Below, in pieces: positions 6,374 to 12,827 of a stretch of 12,827 bases of DNA. Position 1 is the stretch's first letter, and each line of letters starts with the position of its first letter. The stretch lies in UHGV virus genome UHGV-0112014. One strand, given 5' to 3'. Made by a program: the position numbers and the translations under genes. The notes below the pieces were generated by a model. That model was not told where the DNA came from, ran no database searches, and was given only the letters and a program-made list of their open reading frames with translations. The DNA comes from a virus.

Positions 6374-7195
6374 TTGAACATTCCAAAATTCCCATTGCCT
6401 TCCCGTCCTGAGACAGAAATTCAGTTCCACGCCCCAACCGTGAAGGATGCGCTGAAATATTCTGACCTGAACCCGGCAGAAGATGAGGCAACTACTACAG
6501 AGTACCTTAACTCTATGCAGGATGGTGAAATTAACGACAGTGCTTACTGGACAGTCCAGGATCGCAGAACTGCCCTTTGGTGGATATTTGTTAACTCGCG
6601 CCCCGATGCAGTAATGACCTACTCCTATGAGTGCAGTCACTGCGGTAATACGCATCATGCAGATATAAACCTGAGCGATCTGGCTCAAACAGTAGAGATA
6701 CTCACTGTACCGCCTTACATAAAAACCAACGTACCGGTAAACGGCGTACCAACCAACTGGATACTTAAACCATTAACCGGAAAAGGCGCTGAACTCCTTG
6801 AGCGTATGCGGGCATCACTTCCTGATATGAAAAGCCCAGAATACAGTGCGGGCGTGGCACGTATGCGAATTGCAGAACTCGCTTTATGTACCGCGCTTGA
6901 AGACGATCCAGAAGACTTCACGCAAGCCGCCAATCGTCGCTTTGACATCATTGAAAGCATGGCGCTCGAAACGGAATTTACTCCGCTTGTTGCTCGCATA
7001 CAGCTTATGCAAAAAGACCTACGCCACGGCCTGAAAATGTCTATTGAGAGAGGCAAAAGCCGCCTGATCCTGCCTCCGCAACGCTGCAAAAACGCTAAGG
7101 AGGGTGCAGACGTGACTACCACGCTGTACGCCCCATTTCTCAATAGAGAGTTTATCCCATCAATTAGATCTGAATGGATGGCTAACCATTATTAA
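6374..7195 (+). CDS. Hypothetical protein (273 aa) opening the second + strand tail/baseplate block; contains a CSHCGNTHH Cys/His motif
   Basis: TTG start at 6374 with GGAGG at 6364-6368 (5-nt spacer); TAA stop at 7193-7195. No family recognised. A tail-assembly or baseplate role is inferred from position only. Confidence 0.55.
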   Translation: MNIPKFPLPSRPETEIQFHAPTVKDALKYSDLNPAEDEATTTEYLNSMQDGEINDSAYWTVQDRRTALWWIFVNSRPDAVMTYSYECSHCGNTHHADINLSDLAQTVEILTVPPYIKTNVPVNGVPTNWILKPLTGKGAELLERMRASLPDMKSPEYSAGVARMRIAELALCTALEDDPEDFTQAANRRFDIIESMALETEFTPLVARIQLMQKDLRHGLKMSIERGKSRLILPPQRCKNAKEGADVTTTLYAPFLNREFIPSIRSEWMANHY

Positions 7196-7249
7196 CAACC
7201 TGACTCTGTATGGATATCAGCCCGTTAGTGACGTTGAACAATTGCCACA

Positions 7250-10200
7250 ATGGCGAGCACTCCATATGTCAAAAGCCCTGGAAGAAAAATACAAAGCTCA
7301 AGCCGGGAAACGTTGATCGCCGCTGGCAAAAGAGAGGTTATTTTGAAAGAGAATAAAGACCGCATCGCAATAATTGACGCTATTCAGGGGGCGAGCGCAC
7401 ACGAACTTAAGGCTCTTGCTGAGATAAAAGACGCGATTCTTTCTGGTGGGGTCGCCATAACTCAACAGGGAGGACAACAAGGTAAAGTTAGCAACAGGCT
7501 ATCCCGTAGGCGTAAAGACTACGGGCAAAACGCACCTGAAGTCGTCAGAGACGCTCAAGCTAATCCATATAAAAAACGCCTTCCGGCGAAAAAGGAGAGG
7601 GCGCTAATAAACCAGGACATAGATCGCTCTATCGTTGCAACTAACACACCAGAAAGTGTTCATTCTGTGCGATCACGCCAGACCATCAAAAGGTCGAAAG
7701 GTTCTATACCGGTAGCAGCTAATTCTACCTCTCTGCAACCACAATCCCCCCAAAGCCCAAAAGGCCAACTGCGGGATAGTAACGGGCGCTTTGTATCCCA
7801 GAAAAATAATGAGGATATAGCCAGAAAAAAAGAATGGCAGAACGCACGTAAGGCCGACGCAAAACTACAAGAAGGCTTTCTCCGGAAGCTGGGTTCTGTT
7901 ATGGGGATGGATGGAAATCAGTCCACCAGTGAAGAGTCTTTAACAAATGCCGCAGGTGTTGGGGCTGGTGGTCCGCTATGGATGGCGGCGCGTGGCATGT
8001 ATGACATTGCAAAAGAGATCACAGGGAAAGCAAAATCACTTAAGGAGTGGGTAGATAATTCACCAGACACCAAAGCAAAATCGCCAGCGATCACTTACCC
8101 GGCTGTAGCCAATGCTCAAAAAACAACCTCCGCAACAGCATTTAATAATGCTGTTGAGACAAAATCCGCACAAGCAGTAGAAGAGCAAACAAAAATTCTT
8201 CAGACCAATGACAACAAAATAATTGATGGTCTGGAAAATGTCTCCGACGAAGTAGCTAAGCTACGTAAATCAGTATCTTCTGGGAATAAGTTCGGCTTGA
8301 GTGATCTCTGGAGAAATCGAGCAAGCAGAAGAAATAAAATCAATATTGGCGATCAGGCTGGTAAAAATAAACGGAGCAAACCGAAAAGGAAAGGTCGCAA
8401 TCTTGGGGGAAAAGCCCTTTCCGTTGGCGAAAAAGTCGCTGCCGGAACCGCTGCTGTTGGCGCTGGTGCCGGAGCTGCAAAGACTGTTAAAACAAAGGTT
8501 AGTAAAGCCAAAGACATCAGCACCACAAGCGACGTATCTAAGGGTATTGCTAAAGAAACAAAAAACACAGCAAAGGCAGTTAAGCCAGCAGGTGTTGTTG
8601 CCGAAGAGGCCACAATTAAAACAGGTGAGACTGTTTCAAAGAAAAAAACCGAATCTGTAGCCCTCAAAAGTGCTGCAAAAATAGGCGTTAAATCAGCTGC
8701 ATCTACAGCGGCAAGAGCTATCCCTATTATCGGGTCGTTGGCAATGGCTGGATATGACGCTATAGACGGTTACACAGATACAGATGCGCAAAAAGCGGCC
8801 TTTGGCTTAAGTGATGATGATATTGTATCCACACAGCAAAAAACCGCTTATGCAACAGCTAATGTGCTTGATATGGGCGGCTTAGTGTCGGGTGCAACCA
8901 ACCTAATAGGTAAAGGAATCTCTGCGTTAGGCTTCGAAAGGGCAGGTGAGAAACTTCAGAATTTTGATACCGAAGATATTGCTCGTGGTGTTAATGGTGC
9001 TGTAGATATCACTAAATCTGCTTTTGGTAGCCTCAAGGATACATTTTTATCCTCTGACGAGAGCACGAAGCAGGTAAAAAAAGCAGTTGAAGATGGCACA
9101 AAAAAGACTGTCGATGCGATTCATTCTTTAGGTGAGCAGCTACAAGGCGGGCGTGATGGTGAAGATGGTGTTGGTGAGCACGGGTATACTTCCCCGGCTG
9201 AATTTAATGCGCCTGCCAGCAATACCATTGCAGCGGATCTGAATATTGGCGGGAGCAACGCTAAAAACCGTAATTACCGGAATAATAATCTCGGCAACCT
9301 TGTTTTCGCTAATCAGGAAGGGGCGACACTGGAAGCGCCAAATGCAAAAGGTGAACAGCGTTTTGCTCGATTCAACACGCCTGAAGAAGGGATCAGGGCG
9401 CTGGCAAACCAGGTGTCAAGTTATTATAACGGCACCAGTGCCGCTGCTGGGTATCAGAAGTTACAGACGGTATCCAGTATTATTTCCAAATGGGCACCCC
9501 CAAAGGAGAACAATACTAATCAATATATCGATAACGTCAGCAAATATCTTGGTGTCTCGCCTAATGAAAAAATAGACGTCAGCAACCCGGAGGTTATGAC
9601 GCAATTAGTTCGTGCTATTGCGACGAAAGAAGGCGGAAACCCTGCGGTTAATAATGAGTTTATTAAGAATGCTCTTGGGGCGTTCAATGCAAATACCGGT
9701 CGTTGGGAGGGGCGCTTCTCCGATGAAACATTGGCGCGGCTTAATAAAATTCAGAAAGAGAATGGCGGTCAGCTAATTGCTCGTGATTCGCAATATAGCG
9801 TTGGTCGCAAGGTGAGATATGCTGATGGTACATCTCCGGCACAACCTGTATTGAATGCAGTCCCAACAGCAACACCTAAGCCAATTGAGGTTGCACAACA
9901 TGCCCAGGCAGCAAAAAAGCCACAAAAAACAGGTAACCGACCACAACCGATTATTCCAGAGAACGCTGATGTTAATACTGACTCGCCATCGAGTTTGCTT
10001 GAGCGGTTAATCGCCATAAATGAAAGCGGTATCAGTGGAGTAAGTGATTTATTTGGCGGCGCGGCTACCAGTCTTGCTGGAACAAGTCTGGACTTGGTGA
10101 AGGATTTTGCGTCGGATACTTCATTTGGTTCTATATCTTCGCTTTCAGAAAAGGCGAAGGGAATGGATCAGGCTCTGACTGAAAAAATATCCGGCTTAAC

Positions 10201-10990
10201 CGGAAAATCTTTTGGATTCAAAAAAGCACCACAGGTAGCTGATATCAGGGAGGCTATACAAAAAAGGCCGACACCTGAACGCGATATGTCTTCGGTCGAT
10301 CTTCTCTCTGACGCTTCACAGCCAACAGAGAATAAAAAAACACCTGTAAACTCAAAAGGGATTCCGGTCTATGACAATGGCAATAAGGTAATAGACGGCG
10401 AAGATAAGGGATTTCTTGGTTCTTTGTTTGATTCGTCATTAACAGGCATAAAGCGCATTGGTTCGGCTGTATTACCTGCAATTGGTGATAACGTTTCACA
10501 GCTTGTTGGTGGCATCGATGGCACTGGCATATTAAATGATTTTGTCTATCAGGCTACAGGGCAGAATTCAACAATCGCCAGGGCGATTAGCCCACTTACA
10601 AAAAGTGCTGGTGGTTGGCTAAATAATGGCATTCAACAAACTGCCGATAGCATCAAAGGAATATCAACTGAGGCAAATAACGCCATATTTGGCACTGCGT
10701 CAGCCGTGCAGGAACCTTTTCTTGCTATGCCGCCACAGCTTCCCACTGTAACCGATCTTGCTCGAAGCGGAATAAGACAACCATTAACTACTGACACTGC
10801 AAATAACGATCCTGCTATGTTGAAGGCGCTGGATAACGTCTGTTCTATCCTGAAAGACCTTCTGAATGTGAACAAAAATAACACAAAAGGCGATCCAGAT
10901 AAGGTTGTCAAAACATCGCAGCCGCAGCCGCGACCACGTGCGAGTACAACTATTAATGACCCGTCGCTGGATGCGCTGCTGGAGGATTAA
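7250..10990 (+). CDS. Tail tape-measure-like protein (1246 aa) with an embedded conserved globular domain (about aa 678-800)
   Basis: Long ORF directly upstream of gp25-like and J-like baseplate genes. It has a basic low-complexity N-terminus, Ala/Gly/Lys-rich central segments with hydrophobic stretches (AIPIIGSLAMAGYDAIDG), and a compact domain (NNLGNLVFANQEG...FARFNTPEEGIRALANQ...KWAPPKENNTNQYIDNV...ATKEGG). No SD precedes the ATG at 7250, so the exact start is uncertain. Confidence 0.65.
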   Translation: MASTPYVKSPGRKIQSSSRETLIAAGKREVILKENKDRIAIIDAIQGASAHELKALAEIKDAILSGGVAITQQGGQQGKVSNRLSRRRKDYGQNAPEVVRDAQANPYKKRLPAKKERALINQDIDRSIVATNTPESVHSVRSRQTIKRSKGSIPVAANSTSLQPQSPQSPKGQLRDSNGRFVSQKNNEDIARKKEWQNARKADAKLQEGFLRKLGSVMGMDGNQSTSEESLTNAAGVGAGGPLWMAARGMYDIAKEITGKAKSLKEWVDNSPDTKAKSPAITYPAVANAQKTTSATAFNNAVETKSAQAVEEQTKILQTNDNKIIDGLENVSDEVAKLRKSVSSGNKFGLSDLWRNRASRRNKINIGDQAGKNKRSKPKRKGRNLGGKALSVGEKVAAGTAAVGAGAGAAKTVKTKVSKAKDISTTSDVSKGIAKETKNTAKAVKPAGVVAEEATIKTGETVSKKKTESVALKSAAKIGVKSAASTAARAIPIIGSLAMAGYDAIDGYTDTDAQKAAFGLSDDDIVSTQQKTAYATANVLDMGGLVSGATNLIGKGISALGFERAGEKLQNFDTEDIARGVNGAVDITKSAFGSLKDTFLSSDESTKQVKKAVEDGTKKTVDAIHSLGEQLQGGRDGEDGVGEHGYTSPAEFNAPASNTIAADLNIGGSNAKNRNYRNNNLGNLVFANQEGATLEAPNAKGEQRFARFNTPEEGIRALANQVSSYYNGTSAAAGYQKLQTVSSIISKWAPPKENNTNQYIDNVSKYLGVSPNEKIDVSNPEVMTQLVRAIATKEGGNPAVNNEFIKNALGAFNANTGRWEGRFSDETLARLNKIQKENGGQLIARDSQYSVGRKVRYADGTSPAQPVLNAVPTATPKPIEVAQHAQAAKKPQKTGNRPQPIIPENADVNTDSPSSLLERLIAINESGISGVSDLFGGAATSLAGTSLDLVKDFASDTSFGSISSLSEKAKGMDQALTEKISGLTGKSFGFKKAPQVADIREAIQKRPTPERDMSSVDLLSDASQPTENKKTPVNSKGIPVYDNGNKVIDGEDKGFLGSLFDSSLTGIKRIGSAVLPAIGDNVSQLVGGIDGTGILNDFVYQATGQNSTIARAISPLTKSAGGWLNNGIQQTADSIKGISTEANNAIFGTASAVQEPFLAMPPQLPTVTDLARSGIRQPLTTDTANNDPAMLKALDNVCSILKDLLNVNKNNTKGDPDKVVKTSQPQPRPRASTTINDPSLDALLED

Positions 10991-10995
10991 TACTG

Positions 10996-11370
10996 ATGCT
11001 TTACGAAATAGACGCAAGACTTCAAACGAACGAAAGCGGTGTCATTATTGCAGAGGGAAATACAGCAGCCTGGATGGCTCGCCTTGACGAGTGGTTACGA
11101 ACCCCGGAAGGAAGCGTTTATGGGTTACCGTCCTGGGGAAATCCAATGGAAGAATTTAAGCATGAACCATTCGGCTCTGAAACTTCGCACATAGTCGAAG
11201 TGGCTATTGAAGGGAGAATGATGACAAAACTACGACAAGATCTACCTGGTTTAGATGTGCAGGGAATTCGCTGTACATCCATTTCTGAAGATTCTTTATT
11301 AATTAGTTTTTATGCGAAAGGTGGAAGCATGGATATTGTTATGCAGAAATCAAGCGGGGTGGGCGCGTGA
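10996..11370 (+). CDS. Baseplate wedge protein, gp25/gpW (GPW_gp25) family (124 aa)
   Basis: ATG at 10996 with GGAGGA at 10981-10986. Size and motif pattern (LDEWLRTPEGSVYGLPSWGNPMEEFKHEPFG...LLISFYAKG) fit the recalled gp25/gpW signature (L.T..GeR...P.fG...l.i.i.Y). Confidence 0.7.
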   Translation: MLYEIDARLQTNESGVIIAEGNTAAWMARLDEWLRTPEGSVYGLPSWGNPMEEFKHEPFGSETSHIVEVAIEGRMMTKLRQDLPGLDVQGIRCTSISEDSLLISFYAKGGSMDIVMQKSSGVGA

Positions 11371-12797
11371 CCATTACAGAATTACTGGACAAATTTAACG
11401 CCAAGCTAAATGAAAATACATGGTGGTCACGATTTGTAAACAGTCAGTTTGTGCAGATGCACGCTGTGTTCGGAGCACAGCTTATTTATATTGCTCGTAC
11501 ATTTGCAAGTCGTGGTCTTACTGAGGGGCTTATTTCAACAGCTACGCGCCGGTCAAGTATTTTGGCGGTTGCTGAAGACCGTGGCTACGTGGGACGATTT
11601 GTTAGTGCTTCATACGGAACAACGTCGATAACCAATAAAACTGATCGGGATATTACGTTACCAGCCGGGGCAGAATTGCTTGCTAGCGACCAAACTCCTT
11701 TAGCAATTATTAACAGTGTGGTTGTTCCTGCTGGGAAAACTGTTTCTGGTGTAGAAGTCAAACAGCACGAAGCCGTAAGCGTTACATTTGATATTGAAAA
11801 GGAAACGCTATTCCTGACGTTGTTGCTTTCCAGAGAATTAACAAAAGAAGTCTCTAGCCTTGATGTTTATGTTATTACAAATGGTGTAGAAAAAAAATGG
11901 GTCTACAACCCATTATTTCGAATGTCCAGAGACAAAAGTAAGCACTATTCATTGGCATATAAGCCAACTGAACAACTTGGCGTTAAATTTGGTGACGGCT
12001 CTATGGGTATGATGCCGCCAGCAGGTTGTCAGGTTAGAATTGATGTTATGGCTAGCCTTGGCGACTATACTTTGGCTGAAGGACAAAAGTTAGAACCAGC
12101 TGGAAATATTGCCCAATACATAGAGTCTTTGGAGTTTAAAACCGATTCGATCATTACTGGCGGCGGTGGCATGGAAACAACAGAAGAAACCCGAAATCGC
12201 GCACAGTATTATGTTGCATATGATGAACAAGTCGTATGGGGCGGTGATTACCGTCAATTCATCCAGAACGTGGTACACGGTACGTCATGGCTGAACGTTT
12301 GGGGTGAAGCGTTACAAGAAAAAATAACAGGATTTGATGTGCGTAACATCAATAAGATTTTCTTTTGTGGACATAAGCCGGGCGTAAGCCAGGAGCAACT
12401 TAAGTCAGAAATACTTAAAGCCCTGGAGAATGTTCCAAATGAACTGAACAAGCGGTTCGAGTATGTAGATACAAATGAACAGCCTTTTACGATAAATTTT
12501 ACTGGTATTGCACGTAAAAGTGTTCTGATAGACGATGCTAAAAATGCCATTAAAGCCGCGTTGGAAGATAATTTTGGGCGTGATTCGTCCTCGTTCAGTT
12601 TATTGCTACAGAGTGATGATGATTCCCAGCAATGCTATGCGCAGGTAAAAGTCAAAGATATTTGGCGCGTAATAGAATCGTTGGATATGTTTCTCTCTTA
12701 TGACATAAAAATACAAAATATGAAGGATGCTGTTTACTTTAATGACTTTATTTATCTTGACGTAAAATCTTCTACTTTCAGCATTTCTTATCCGTAA
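11367..12797 (+). CDS. Baseplate J-like protein (gpJ/gp6 family, 476 aa)
   Basis: GTG start at 11367 overlaps the upstream TGA (GTGA, 4-bp overlap). The W-then-J order is as in P2-type baseplate modules. N-terminal region (ILAVAEDRGYVGRFVSASYG...ITLPAGAELLASDQTPLAIINSVVVPAGKTV) resembles the recalled Baseplate_J pattern. Confidence 0.65.
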   Translation: MTITELLDKFNAKLNENTWWSRFVNSQFVQMHAVFGAQLIYIARTFASRGLTEGLISTATRRSSILAVAEDRGYVGRFVSASYGTTSITNKTDRDITLPAGAELLASDQTPLAIINSVVVPAGKTVSGVEVKQHEAVSVTFDIEKETLFLTLLLSRELTKEVSSLDVYVITNGVEKKWVYNPLFRMSRDKSKHYSLAYKPTEQLGVKFGDGSMGMMPPAGCQVRIDVMASLGDYTLAEGQKLEPAGNIAQYIESLEFKTDSIITGGGGMETTEETRNRAQYYVAYDEQVVWGGDYRQFIQNVVHGTSWLNVWGEALQEKITGFDVRNINKIFFCGHKPGVSQEQLKSEILKALENVPNELNKRFEYVDTNEQPFTINFTGIARKSVLIDDAKNAIKAALEDNFGRDSSSFSLLLQSDDDSQQCYAQVKVKDIWRVIESLDMFLSYDIKIQNMKDAVYFNDFIYLDVKSSTFSISYP

Positions 12798-12807
12798 TGA
12801 GGTTGAC

Positions 12808-12827
12808 ATGAAAGATAATTGGCTTAA
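12808..12827 (+). CDS. 5' end of the next co-oriented gene (MKDNWL...), truncated by the window edge; probably another baseplate or tail-fibre component
   Basis: ATG at 12808 with GAGG at 12799-12802 (5-nt spacer), 10 nt after the J-like stop. Only 6 codons are visible. Confidence 0.4.

Noticed and set aside
8301-8667. Overlapping ORFs inside the tape-measure gene (8301..8660 + and 8353..8667 -)
   Set aside because: Out-of-frame or antisense shadows of the Ala/Lys-rich tape-measure region. The low-complexity, basic or hydrophobic translations mirror the codon bias of the main frame.
1-12827. Identification of the element as phage P1 or P7, given myovirus tail genes plus a plasmid replicon and about 47% GC
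   Set aside because: The rep is RepE/F-type with TGAGGGCAA iterons rather than the P1 RepA replicon as I recall it, and no parA/parB genes flank rep. Without a database search I cannot assign it to a named phage.

Overview
This window reads as part of a phage-plasmid-like element: a contractile-tail (myovirus-type) morphogenesis cluster on the + strand, split by an F-plasmid-type (RepE/Rep_3) iteron replicon on the - strand. Block 1 (2-4895) encodes a tail sheath, an unusual acidic protein with a basic tail, two candidate tube-family proteins and two unassigned tail-module proteins, with GC-rich hairpins in three intergenic gaps. The replicon (about 4980-6270) has a repE-like gene interrupted by a single in-frame amber codon, five phased 22-bp iterons upstream, an AT-rich tract with a DnaA-box-like site, and iteron-like repeats downstream. 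Block 2 (6374-12827) encodes a 273-aa unknown protein, a 1246-aa tape-measure-like protein with an embedded globular domain, a gp25/gpW-like baseplate wedge protein, a Baseplate_J-like protein and the first codons of a further gene. No capsid, terminase, integrase, partition, tRNA, CRISPR or recognisable defence genes are present. All calls rest on reading the translations and DNA by eye; homology statements come from recalled family motifs and were not confirmed by any search. The element could equally be a plasmid-borne tailocin or contractile injection system rather than a phage.
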